Both the position numbers and the translations under genes were made by a program. From IMG/VR virus record IMGVR_UViG_3300046744_000160, positions 1 through 59,466 of that record: a stretch of DNA of 59,466 bases; one strand, written 5' to 3'. A model generated the notes under the pieces. The model did no database searches. It had not been told where the DNA came from and saw only the letters and a list, made by a program, of their open reading frames with translations. This stretch comes from a virus (lineage: Duplodnaviria; Caudoviricetes). Positions 36,936-46,671 of this stretch are shown here, piece after piece. The first letter of the stretch is position 1. The number at the start of each line of letters is the position of its first letter.

Positions 36936-37453
36936 TAGAGGGCCCTCATTTCATGTGCGGCTTCTCTGGTTTCGTTATTGCGGCGAAGCCAGCCCTTACC
37001 GAAAGTTTCAAAAGTCTTCAGGCTCTTATAGTAATCTTCTCGTAAACGGTGCATCTCGTCAATAACATGCACAACGTCCCGCGCCCCTACTTGCAGCAAG
37101 GTCTGTGGTCCGATGGCCCCGTCTTCGGTTGCGCCCACAACTCGCTGCAAGTATTTGGCGGCTCTCCCCGGCCCGCTATTAACGGCCCAGTCGAATGTGC
37201 AAAAGTCAACGCCCGCAGGTAATTTATCGGCTTTTACACGGTCCCAATACCCACTCTTGTAGATAAGCTCCACATGCTCATCAGGTATATTCTTTAACTC
37301 GTCTACGTCCTCCAAAGGCCGCTCAAGAAACTCAGCGTAAGTTCTGTGCGTGATACCCTTGTTGGTAGCCCCACCGGGGTCATCCGGGTGATCTACAAAA
37401 CCACCTTCGTGTTTTAGTACCATCTCAAGGCTTTTGAAGAAGTTTGATTCCAT
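36935..37453 (-). CDS. Glycoside hydrolase family 108 lysozyme (endolysin) with PG-binding C-terminus
   Basis: HEGGFVDHPDDPGGATNKGIT...YW...FDWAVNSG...LQ...DG.IGP.TL...FGKGWLRR. Confidence 0.93.
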   Translation of the reverse strand: MESNFFKSLEMVLKHEGGFVDHPDDPGGATNKGITHRTYAEFLERPLEDVDELKNIPDEHVELIYKSGYWDRVKADKLPAGVDFCTFDWAVNSGPGRAAKYLQRVVGATEDGAIGPQTLLQVGARDVVHVIDEMHRLREDYYKSLKTFETFGKGWLRRNNETREAAHEMRAL

Positions 37454-37454
37454 T

Positions 37455-37946
37455 TTAATAAGCAACCGATCCTGTCTTAGGATTCATGTAAGTCAAAGAA
37501 CCCGGTCTAACATTGTTGTTAAATTCAGTAGCGTAATCAAATAATTCTTGTGAACCCGGAGCATACTTATCTGTAATCATCTCATATTCTGGTCTAGGAC
37601 CAGCTAAAAGTTGGTTATGCTTTAGCGACATCTGTACCAAATCTTGCGTAATAGGTCGTTGAAAATCAAGAGGGGATACTGGTTCAAACGCAGGCCGCGA
37701 AAGATCAAGAGGAGAACTAACGGCGTCAGAAATATATTTATCATTATTAATCAAAGGTAGCGTTCCTATGCCTGTCGTGGGAGAAGAAATAGGACCTGCG
37801 CTGGTGTAGTTAAATGGATTACTGGAACCCATAAACGGCTGCAATATTTGTTGAATTTGACCCATCACTGGTTCTATTTTCGTTGAGGCGTAATTACTCA
37901 TCAACGAGTTACGAATCATAGGAATTAAACTTTCTAAACCCTGCAT
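37455..37946 (-). CDS. Hypothetical protein in the internal-virion operon
   Basis: 163 aa; GAGG RBS. Confidence 0.6.
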   Translation of the reverse strand: MQGLESLIPMIRNSLMSNYASTKIEPVMGQIQQILQPFMGSSNPFNYTSAGPISSPTTGIGTLPLINNDKYISDAVSSPLDLSRPAFEPVSPLDFQRPITQDLVQMSLKHNQLLAGPRPEYEMITDKYAPGSQELFDYATEFNNNVRPGSLTYMNPKTGSVAY

Positions 37947-37947
37947 T

Positions 37948-40900
37948 TTACGTCCTCGTGGCTAATAAGCCCATTATGCCATCGTTAGGAAAGGCTGCCG
38001 CCATTCTTGCTGCATTTTGTGGTGAAGAAGGTGCCTGCGCCAAGGCTGACGCCGTAGAAGGGGCAGTGGCTTCAACCAGCGCAGGCTGCGTCCCACTAGG
38101 GGGCGCTTGCGAAATCAACTGCTGTATTCTTTGATTTAAAGGGGGCTGGCTGTCAAGTTTATAAGGTTCAAGCCCCATCCCTTCGCGTTCCTGCAAGGGC
38201 GTTTCTATTTTAACGTCTGGACCCGGAGAGATGTCGTCATCATCACCTAAAGAAAGCCCCGCACTAACAAGATATGCGTTTAAGAATTTAGCAGCTTTCT
38301 GCTGTTCTGCGGCACTGTCGCCCTTCTTCAAAAGTTTAACTAAGAAAGCCGGGTCCATAACCGCTTGCTCTAACATGTTTAACTGAAGACCCGCCGGAGC
38401 ATCCCCAAACTGGTTTTTAACAAATCTGACGCCAGCACTCCCCGTGATCAAGCTGTTAGACTGTAACCCAGATACGTTAGCGACATCTGTACCAAATCGG
38501 GCACCTGCAAGGCGCATCAAAAGATCTGCTGCGAAACCAAGGTCATCGACCATGTCCTCTGAAAGTCTGCCCCCGGCTTGTGCGGCTTGTATTTTTTGAC
38601 CGTTTTCTAACATAAAATCCAAACGATCTAGTTCAGCTTGAGTAAAAACTCCCTGTTCTTTTAAAATGTCCGCAACAGAGGCCCTCCTACCCAACTTTGA
38701 GGCATCTACCGCGCCACCGGGCACGGTGCCGACATTTGCACGGGCACGGGTCATTGGTTTAAACATCGCCTCACGAGCAGCGGCAAAATTAAATTTATCC
38801 GCAGATCCTCCAGCCTTTGTCCACATCCATTCGACCATAGCCGACTTCAAGCCGCCCATAGCGTCTTCTGCATCAAAACCCTCTTCACGCATTTTAGCCG
38901 CAAACGCTTCATCAGACATGCCGCGCTTCACGGTTTTAATAACGGTTTCCAAAGATTGCACAGGCTTGGTGCTACCAAGAGCCTCACCTATGGCAACTGG
39001 AGGACTTTCGTAACGTAGTATTCTAGCTAAAACATGATTGCTTTTTATGGCTTTATCTAATTTACCACGACGTTTATCCAAAATCTTAACCATGTCTTCA
39101 AACTGTTTACCATCCTCCAACATCGTGCGGACTTGAGGAAAGTTGCGAAGAAGAACATTGTATTCTTGTAAGAACGCTGCGGATTTACGAGGATCTATTC
39201 TCCCAGTGGTAGGGTCTAACACTTTCGCAGCAGTAAGTTGAACGGCTTGCGCTAAAGAAGTTTCTAAACTTTGTTGATCTACCGGGCCAAAGTCCACGTC
39301 GTCCAAGGGAACTCGCAAAGATTCTGGGACGTCTAGCTCATCTAATTGATTTTTAACAAATTCTGAACCATCCTGTATCTCTCTAAAACGTATAGCAGTG
39401 GCATCTGCGCCACCTTCAAATAGAGAGGAGACAAGAAGAGTCGGTTCTATTCTGGGGGCTCCGTCTGCATCACGAGCCATTACATCCCCAAGGAATGTAC
39501 GCCGAAGAGCATCATTTTTACCACGAGAAAATGCCCGCGCTACGTCATACGCTGCGCTTGCTCCCTCTGGGCTGCGGTTCAGTTCATCAAGAATTGAGTT
39601 AGCCAAGGCACCCATCGCGGCAGCAGTGCCCCTATCACCATTTTTCATAGCCTCTCTTGCAGCATCCAATGCGCGGCTACGAAGCTTTGTTAAATCACTA
39701 ACCTGTATGGATGCGGGTTGCATATCGCTTAAATCAGGAAGATCAAGACCCGCTTGTTTATTAGCCTGAAGAAGAGAAAGCTCCGCATTAGCTACCTTTT
39801 CAGCAGCAGCGAGACGTGTTTTTTCCCCCGCAGATAAACTAGAACCAAAAGTTTTACGACGGGATCTGATAGCATCTAAAACCCTAACGGGTTCAGATAA
39901 GACAAAATCAGGAGCAACTGAGTCTTCCTGCGCTACTTCTGCACCTTGCGTGAATAGTCTACGACTTTCTGGGTTCTTTACGGTGGTTAAAATGTCTTCG
40001 TAATCTTTGCGCTGGGGCGCAGTTAAATTATTAACACGGTTCTGAGCCCTAACTACACCTTTGTTAAGAGTTGGGGCAGTATCGGTTAAACCCAAACGTC
40101 CTTTAAACAGTTCAATCTGGGCCGAAATTTCTTTTGGAAAATCCTCTGTTTCCAAGAAATATTTTTCTTTAATCTCGTCCACACGCCGAAAAAGATTGGT
40201 GACAGGAACCTCAAAATCGTTAGGGACTTGATCCCAAAGCTTTTCTTCTTGCCCGTTAGCGTTCTTAATGATTTGGTCAAGATTGTTTCTTATGGTCAAA
40301 CCAATAATATCAAAGTCTTGATTTTTCCCTAATTTTGTAGCCGCCCCTACGGCGCTTTCATTTGCACCAATAAAGGCTTGTTGGAGCAGATCAGAAATAG
40401 CGCCTGCCCTTAATTCGGTAGCAATGCGAACAGAGTCAGGGTCCCCTTGTGCAATAAGCTGCAACGCGATTGATTCAATAAACTCATACCCTTTGTTTGC
40501 TCTAGCTAGGATTTCCTGATCAAGAACAGTTGTCCCTGATTTTTTTGCTACCGTATTTTGTAACAAAGCCAAAACAGGAGACCCTGTTATTTGAGCCGGG
40601 GTCAGCGGAGGGAGATCCACGCTTACTTGAAGATCGTTCATAAACTGAGTCATAAGCTCTGGATTTTCTTCAAGCTGTTCGATTACAAGCTTTGGATCTT
40701 CACCATACTTTTGTAAGGTATCGTATATTTTTTTACCAATTTGAGTTTCTCTGGCTTCTGTGCCAAAAGATCCAGTGAAGCTGCCTATAAGTTTTGGAAT
40801 TTGACGGGCAAGAATAAGTCGAGGCTCAAACATGCCGCCTATGACTTCACCTACAAACTGCCCGCCTTCTCCACCATTTAACACTTCACGAGCGGTGGCC

Positions 40901-41637
40901 CCACCTAATGCGGAGGTAGCGGCGGCGGTTGTCTCTACGCCAAAAAAGCCTCTTTTGGCAAGCTTGCCTCTTTCCCCTCGTGCGGTTTGTCCAACAGCCC
41001 TAAGAAAATCTTCCGCCGCGCTATAAGCTTTACCGGGCGCACGAACAATTTTGCCTTTTACGCCCCCGATTTTATCCAAATTTGCAGATACAAGAGCCCC
41101 CGCAGTAGACTGACTATTGCTCATTAAATAGGGAGAGCCAAAAACCATTGGCACACTTTCACCCAATATGTCCCCAGCTACCGCAGCAAACCTATCCCTA
41201 CGAAGAGGAGGATTTGTTTCAAAAAAACCCAGACCCTCTCCAAGCTCAACGGCGCTTTCTCCACCTTTTGCAGCAAGAAGACCAGAGGCGGCGGCTGTGG
41301 CTATGGTAGGCAAAGGTTGAGCAAAAGGTACTTTTTTACCTAATTTAGCTCCGCCGATTACCGCAGCGGTTGTAGGGGCAGAAACGGTTAACGCTCGCAG
41401 AAGACGGTCAGTAAAAGCAGAAATAGATCCGGGTTCCGCAGCATTTGAATAAACGTACAGAAAATCCTCTACGCTACCGCCCATATCTAGATAGCCGTCT
41501 ACGTCCTTGCCATACTCTGTCCCTAGAGCTTTGGCTATGTCGTAGTCGCTATACCCCGCATTATACAACTCGTCATAATTAAGAGCCGTTGGGTTTTCTA
41601 TTTTTTCAAATGGACCCGAAGGTTCTGGAGCCGCCAT
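37948..41637 (-). CDS. Large internal virion / DNA-ejection protein
   Basis: 1229 aa, helical and Ala/Gly-rich; third of a large-gene trio after the tail nozzle gene, as in podoviruses. Confidence 0.65.
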   Translation of the reverse strand: MAAPEPSGPFEKIENPTALNYDELYNAGYSDYDIAKALGTEYGKDVDGYLDMGGSVEDFLYVYSNAAEPGSISAFTDRLLRALTVSAPTTAAVIGGAKLGKKVPFAQPLPTIATAAASGLLAAKGGESAVELGEGLGFFETNPPLRRDRFAAVAGDILGESVPMVFGSPYLMSNSQSTAGALVSANLDKIGGVKGKIVRAPGKAYSAAEDFLRAVGQTARGERGKLAKRGFFGVETTAAATSALGGATAREVLNGGEGGQFVGEVIGGMFEPRLILARQIPKLIGSFTGSFGTEARETQIGKKIYDTLQKYGEDPKLVIEQLEENPELMTQFMNDLQVSVDLPPLTPAQITGSPVLALLQNTVAKKSGTTVLDQEILARANKGYEFIESIALQLIAQGDPDSVRIATELRAGAISDLLQQAFIGANESAVGAATKLGKNQDFDIIGLTIRNNLDQIIKNANGQEEKLWDQVPNDFEVPVTNLFRRVDEIKEKYFLETEDFPKEISAQIELFKGRLGLTDTAPTLNKGVVRAQNRVNNLTAPQRKDYEDILTTVKNPESRRLFTQGAEVAQEDSVAPDFVLSEPVRVLDAIRSRRKTFGSSLSAGEKTRLAAAEKVANAELSLLQANKQAGLDLPDLSDMQPASIQVSDLTKLRSRALDAAREAMKNGDRGTAAAMGALANSILDELNRSPEGASAAYDVARAFSRGKNDALRRTFLGDVMARDADGAPRIEPTLLVSSLFEGGADATAIRFREIQDGSEFVKNQLDELDVPESLRVPLDDVDFGPVDQQSLETSLAQAVQLTAAKVLDPTTGRIDPRKSAAFLQEYNVLLRNFPQVRTMLEDGKQFEDMVKILDKRRGKLDKAIKSNHVLARILRYESPPVAIGEALGSTKPVQSLETVIKTVKRGMSDEAFAAKMREEGFDAEDAMGGLKSAMVEWMWTKAGGSADKFNFAAAREAMFKPMTRARANVGTVPGGAVDASKLGRRASVADILKEQGVFTQAELDRLDFMLENGQKIQAAQAGGRLSEDMVDDLGFAADLLMRLAGARFGTDVANVSGLQSNSLITGSAGVRFVKNQFGDAPAGLQLNMLEQAVMDPAFLVKLLKKGDSAAEQQKAAKFLNAYLVSAGLSLGDDDDISPGPDVKIETPLQEREGMGLEPYKLDSQPPLNQRIQQLISQAPPSGTQPALVEATAPSTASALAQAPSSPQNAARMAAAFPNDGIMGLLATRT

Positions 41638-41649
41638 TGTTCATTCCTA

Positions 41650-44409
41650 TTACAAAGGGGGAGCGTTTCTTGGGTCAAGAGAGCGCCTTGATTGTAAGTT
41701 TCTATTTAAAATTTCATACTGACTAATCAGATAGTCCATCTCGTCAATATCCGCCCTTTTCTTAGCTTTTATTTGAGGAGTTGGGGCGTCATCTCTCTGC
41801 CCCTCTAGTTTAAGTTTTGAGTCCCTCACGAAAGCAAGCATGTTTTCAACAGAAGATCTAAGTTTCGTCTCAGTCAAACCTGCGGAGTAAGGATCAACTT
41901 GCAAAGCTTCAATTCGTTTACGAAGACCCTCTGCATCTTTTCCACCAACTGCATTTAAAGCACGAGTGACTGTAATTGTATTCAAGTATTGTAAATCTCT
42001 AGCGCCCTGAAAACTTTCCTCATTTACAGGGTCGTAACCGGGCCCGACAACAAGAGCCTTAAAGAAGTCGCTAACATTGCCCACCCCACGACCAAATTTA
42101 GCTCTAGGACCTATGTTTGCGGCATAATCATATGTCGGGTCAATGATGCCCTCATAGTCGTATACTACGGCTTGCCCTGCATCTTCTTCTTCAAGCAGCC
42201 CCATATCATTGAAGTCCGCGCCATACCCGTCAATGTTCGTAAGATTTTTAGCCAACCGAATGGCCTCAACAACAAATGGCGGAACCTCTCCACCTTGCGT
42301 GACAAGACCTTCCCCACCGGGAGCGGTAGTGACGCGAGATTGACCTTTAACAATGTTAACCGCAGTTTGAAACTCCCTAATTTGTTTTGCATCAGCGGTT
42401 CCGTTTGAAATTTTAGGTGCAAGCTCCAACAGCATCGTATTCGCGCGAGCAGAGGTAATACCTTTGACCTCCGGTTTATCGGTGAAGTGAAAGCCGTCAT
42501 TACGAGCAGCCAAGGCTTCGTCGTTATTTTTAACAACTCTTGACTGACCCTGTGCGTTAAACAGCGTAGCTGGGTCCGTATCCGTGAGAACCACTTGCGT
42601 ACCCGCGGGCGTAAGTTTAAGAAGCTTGTTTCCAAAGGTTTTGTATTCTTCGGAGTATGTCCTGAACTCTTGGCTTAAAAGCTGATTAAGTTCCTCAAAG
42701 CTCCTAGCCACCTTGGTTACAGGATTGCCGCGTTCATCAATCCTGATCATCTTAACAAACTCAAACTTCTCTGGTGTTTGCGGGGTAAATCCTTCACCAA
42801 TGGCTATACTGAAGTCAGACGGAGTAGTCACCGTCTTAGCTTCCAACCCGCCAAACTCGTTTCTCTTGTACAGAACTTTAACGTCAGACATTTTTATTGG
42901 ATCGGTCATCTGAGACCTAGCCTCTGGGCTAAGTTCCTCAATTTCTGACTCAAACATTTTAAATGGAGTACCCGCAGGGCGAACTACACCCGCTATAACT
43001 TGAGGTGTGCGGAAGGTAACCGTTTGTAACTTGCCCCGCCCTTCTTGTTTGTCCACTCGTGTAAAGTTTTTACGATCAGCTTCCGTCATACTAGAAAGCT
43101 GCATATCTCCTAATAGGACCTCCTGCCCGGTGGTCCTATCAAGATAGAAATTGAAATCGTCTGCTTTTTTACCCGGTGGTCGGCTGTCTTCAGTAAAGCC
43201 GTCACTACGAGCTTTTTCTAATTGGTCTTGGTTTGTGACTAAAGTAGAAGTGTAAGAGCCATCATCCCCTAACTTGTAAAGACTTTTTGGAGTGAATTTG
43301 TCGGGGTCTTTGTATGTCTCTAAAAGACCACGAACACTTGCAGGCATTTTTGCAAGCTCGTTAGCGCCGATGGAAATCTTTTTGTTTGGAGTAAGTTCAA
43401 AACCTTGAATTGTAACCTTGTTTGGCCCCGTAAAGACATATTCGTCCATAGTTCCGGGGCCTTTATCGTCAGTCTTTAATTTAAACTGAGACCGAATATC
43501 AGGGCTCATGCCGCCAAGTTCGTTGGCCCCCAAAGCAATTTCTTGATTTGGTTGCAAAACTCCAAATTTTGTTTGGAGCGGTTCATTGCCTGTGTATATA
43601 TAAGGCTCTACTTTTCCTGTGGCTCTGAATTTTTTAGGGCCAGCGGCAATTGTTTTCCCTGTATAATCAGTGAGGATTTCACCCTCACCAAGCTTGGTTG
43701 TTTGAGCCCGTCTAGTTCTTTCAGCAGCCAGTTCATCCGATGCCAGTTTGAAGCGACCTTCTCTAATAGCCTGCTCACGAGCCTGCTTGCCTTGTTGTGC
43801 TTGCAAACCAGCCTGTGCAAAGGCCGCAGGCAGCGGTTCAATGGCTTCAGTCAAAGGTGTGCCCGACGCATACCTAAGTGCGGCTGGAGCTACTGCCCCC
43901 AAGAGAAGACTTCCAAGCGCACTCTTACGAGCCGTTTCAGAAGTGTCTGGATAAATCTGTTCAAGAAGCTGACGGTTGTTGTCCCTGTTGTACAAATCCA
44001 TAAGCGTAGGCATTTTTGCTACACCGCCAGCTTGCATTTTGACAGGTGCTTGCGGCATAGAACCAATGCCTTGCATGACTTTCATTTGAATTGCAGGTTG
44101 AGCCAAGGCAACTACCGAATCGGGGGTTTTCTTAGCATCTTTGGGACCTACGATGCTGCCAAGCTCGTCCTTACGAGCCTTCATGGGCTTCTCGTCACCC
44201 CGAAACGCATTGATAGCCTGCTCATAGTTTTTAGCCTGCTTAATGCCCCTTTGCATGTCCTGCGCTATGCCTGCCATTCCCTGTTGGATCATGGGAGCAG
44301 CTACCTGCTCAACCATTTGTGCAGACTTTTGCATGTCCTGTGGAGAGAGCCGGGGTCCGCGAGACATAGACGGCCCGCGACGGAACATGGAGCGATCATA
44401 TACAGACAT
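41650..44409 (-). CDS. Internal virion / ejection protein with internal repeats
   Basis: 919 aa; conserved-looking N-terminus (DA.KTP.SV.AL.QP) and repeated 35-45 aa modules. Confidence 0.65.
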   Translation of the reverse strand: MSVYDRSMFRRGPSMSRGPRLSPQDMQKSAQMVEQVAAPMIQQGMAGIAQDMQRGIKQAKNYEQAINAFRGDEKPMKARKDELGSIVGPKDAKKTPDSVVALAQPAIQMKVMQGIGSMPQAPVKMQAGGVAKMPTLMDLYNRDNNRQLLEQIYPDTSETARKSALGSLLLGAVAPAALRYASGTPLTEAIEPLPAAFAQAGLQAQQGKQAREQAIREGRFKLASDELAAERTRRAQTTKLGEGEILTDYTGKTIAAGPKKFRATGKVEPYIYTGNEPLQTKFGVLQPNQEIALGANELGGMSPDIRSQFKLKTDDKGPGTMDEYVFTGPNKVTIQGFELTPNKKISIGANELAKMPASVRGLLETYKDPDKFTPKSLYKLGDDGSYTSTLVTNQDQLEKARSDGFTEDSRPPGKKADDFNFYLDRTTGQEVLLGDMQLSSMTEADRKNFTRVDKQEGRGKLQTVTFRTPQVIAGVVRPAGTPFKMFESEIEELSPEARSQMTDPIKMSDVKVLYKRNEFGGLEAKTVTTPSDFSIAIGEGFTPQTPEKFEFVKMIRIDERGNPVTKVARSFEELNQLLSQEFRTYSEEYKTFGNKLLKLTPAGTQVVLTDTDPATLFNAQGQSRVVKNNDEALAARNDGFHFTDKPEVKGITSARANTMLLELAPKISNGTADAKQIREFQTAVNIVKGQSRVTTAPGGEGLVTQGGEVPPFVVEAIRLAKNLTNIDGYGADFNDMGLLEEEDAGQAVVYDYEGIIDPTYDYAANIGPRAKFGRGVGNVSDFFKALVVGPGYDPVNEESFQGARDLQYLNTITVTRALNAVGGKDAEGLRKRIEALQVDPYSAGLTETKLRSSVENMLAFVRDSKLKLEGQRDDAPTPQIKAKKRADIDEMDYLISQYEILNRNLQSRRSLDPRNAPPL

Positions 44410-45269
44410 TAACCAAACAACCCTAAGTTTTTAGCGCCTGCCGCAGCAGACAATCCAGCTATACCGTACCCAAACAATTGTTGGAAGGGTGACGGAGCCG
44501 CTGGCGAAGTGCCTGAAATTGTAGTCATAGAGGACGATGGAGCGCCTTGATATATATCCGACAAGAAGCCCAGACGCTGCTCTGGCTCAAACAGTTGAGC
44601 TAGTTCCGTTTGGCGTGTAGCATCAAGCACTGCCTGATTTTGCGCCTGTTCTAGCCCACCTACATCATACTGGAAGCCAAGCTGCTGCTGCATCAATTGT
44701 GGCAAAAGCCCACCAAGAGATTGAATGCCAGATGCTGATTCGCCCATGCGCCGTTGTTGGTTTTCAAAGTCAGTTGCAGCTTGCGACAAGGCATTTTGAA
44801 ACCCTGCTGACCTAAGTCTTGCAGATGTATCGGCTATTTGCTGCATGGCGGCTTCGTCCGCTAAACCAGCTTGTACGCCTGCACGAGAACCACCAAAAGC
44901 GCCCGCGCTAATTGCATTGGCGTCCAAGGTAGGGTCAAGCATTTGACGCTGTTCAAGAATATCCCTCTGAGTGGCGTCTATTACACTATCTGTGTAAGGG
45001 TCCATATACTGTGTTACAGACCTTGGGTCAAAAGAGCCTGTAGAGCCCCTGAAGCGGCCCGCAGCCTCATCTAGAAGGCTTGTAAAGTCTCCTAATCCGC
45101 CGTCTGTTAAACTATCAAGAGCTTTTCTTTGCAGATCAGTAAGACCTGCAATTTGGTAACCGGGCAAAGTCTTTGGTGTATCAGCAGCTTTCTTTGCAGA
45201 TTCCATCAACCCTAGTTTTAGGGCCTCAATCTCCGGTGCTTCTCTGACTATTTGAGTTTGTTCAGCCAT
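44409..45269 (-). CDS. Internal virion (pilot/ejection) protein
   Basis: 286 aa; Q-rich, YMDPY...V, AGAFGGSR.G motif, Gly-rich hydrophobic C-terminus. Confidence 0.7.
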   Translation of the reverse strand: MAEQTQIVREAPEIEALKLGLMESAKKAADTPKTLPGYQIAGLTDLQRKALDSLTDGGLGDFTSLLDEAAGRFRGSTGSFDPRSVTQYMDPYTDSVIDATQRDILEQRQMLDPTLDANAISAGAFGGSRAGVQAGLADEAAMQQIADTSARLRSAGFQNALSQAATDFENQQRRMGESASGIQSLGGLLPQLMQQQLGFQYDVGGLEQAQNQAVLDATRQTELAQLFEPEQRLGFLSDIYQGAPSSSMTTISGTSPAAPSPFQQLFGYGIAGLSAAAGAKNLGLFG

Positions 45270-46414
45270 TACGCCCTCGCTCTATTTTCTAGGTCACCCA
45301 TGACATCGTACATCTTGGCTATACCTTTTTTAAGACTTCCGTTACCTGCCCCTTTTACAGCGTCTCGTGTCATAACAAACTCACCGTCCATCAACAGCGC
45401 GGGGACATCATCCTTTGTGCCAGAGCCTTCACCCGGTCCTATACCGCCTGTGCGGCGTGGGAAAGCTTTGCCGCCTTCTTTATATTTAGCAGCTAAGTCC
45501 TCATCAATCTTCATCTGTACGGCTTCAGGAAGTGATGCGAAGCCCTTGTATTTACTAGGAACTACGCCGCCATCCTTTGCTGTAAACATGGGGCGTCTTT
45601 CATATGGGACAAGTACGTTAGCTATATCGGGGGGTAATTGAGACACGTCTGTCGCATATTCAGGGCGAAGATTACCGTCTTCGTCATAAGCAAGGTCTGC
45701 CCCTGTAAGAGGGCTTTCAAAAACTTCTTCTTCTTCAGGATCTTGACTTAAAGCTAAAGCAGTTATACCCGCTGCGGGCAACCCAAACCTTGACAGGAAG
45801 CTTGGATTATATTCGCCCTGCATACGGGTAAGAGCTTCTTGTCCAGTAAAACCCTTATCTAAATATGATCTAAACTCTGGCGAAGCCATAAGTTCAGTAT
45901 CTGTATAACCTTGAGCAAATGGGCTGCTGATCATTCCGGGTTTTTCAAGTGGAACAGAGCGTGTTATCTCATCTGTGTTAAGCGACTGAGCCAACTCATT
46001 TTGCTGTTGTCTTGCTGCATCTTGTGCATAAATGCTATCGGTATCAGGGTCAAAAGACCCGCCAATAGATGCGCGGTAGCTTGAGGGGTCCGTAATTCCA
46101 CCTTGAGTTAAGAAATTACGAGTTTGACCTAAATCTGCTTTAATTGCGTCTGTGAATCCCATGTTGTTCTGCAATCCACCAATGCCCTTGGCTACTGCGC
46201 CAGTGGCTCCTGCCAAGGCTGCATTACGCAAGGCGTCTTTTGTGCTTCCGCCAGAAATAAGTGTGCCGATGCCCGAACCAAGCGCAGAAGATGCAATCGT
46301 GCCCATGCCCGGTGCAAAGTAATTCAGAGCAATAGGCAAAATAACGGGCGCAGCCTCTACAAGGGAGTCCGTTACATCCTCAAATACATCACCGATTTTA
46401 TCAAAGAGACCCAT
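45269..46414 (-). CDS. Internal virion protein
   Basis: 381 aa; Gly/Ala hydrophobic N-terminus; C-terminal G.G.GT.DDVPA.L.DGEFVMT..AV motif. Confidence 0.7.
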   Translation of the reverse strand: MGLFDKIGDVFEDVTDSLVEAAPVILPIALNYFAPGMGTIASSALGSGIGTLISGGSTKDALRNAALAGATGAVAKGIGGLQNNMGFTDAIKADLGQTRNFLTQGGITDPSSYRASIGGSFDPDTDSIYAQDAARQQQNELAQSLNTDEITRSVPLEKPGMISSPFAQGYTDTELMASPEFRSYLDKGFTGQEALTRMQGEYNPSFLSRFGLPAAGITALALSQDPEEEEVFESPLTGADLAYDEDGNLRPEYATDVSQLPPDIANVLVPYERRPMFTAKDGGVVPSKYKGFASLPEAVQMKIDEDLAAKYKEGGKAFPRRTGGIGPGEGSGTKDDVPALLMDGEFVMTRDAVKGAGNGSLKKGIAKMYDVMGDLENRARA

Positions 46415-46440
46415 AGCTACATACTTTACCTTATTTTTTA

Positions 46441-46671
46441 TTAAGTAACAATCTTCACTGTGCCGCTGTCATTAAACAGAGCGCCTGTTTCTAAACCAGT
46501 GGCGCTTGTAGGTAAGTCAGTTAAAGTAATCTTTGTGCCCCGTAGCTCTCCGGGGTTACGTTCCTGTGCAATAAACAACTCCAGAGCCCGCAACAAATCA
46601 GCCATATATTGAACCGAATACTCTGTTGGTGCTTCGGGCAGCCTTGGTGGTGCAATCTGATTAGAGGACAT
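46441..46671 (-). CDS. Small tail-associated protein
   Basis: 76 aa; LPTSATGL..G.L.N..GT.KI; coupled to the nozzle gene. Confidence 0.7.
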   Translation of the reverse strand: MSSNQIAPPRLPEAPTEYSVQYMADLLRALELFIAQERNPGELRGTKITLTDLPTSATGLETGALFNDSGTVKIVT

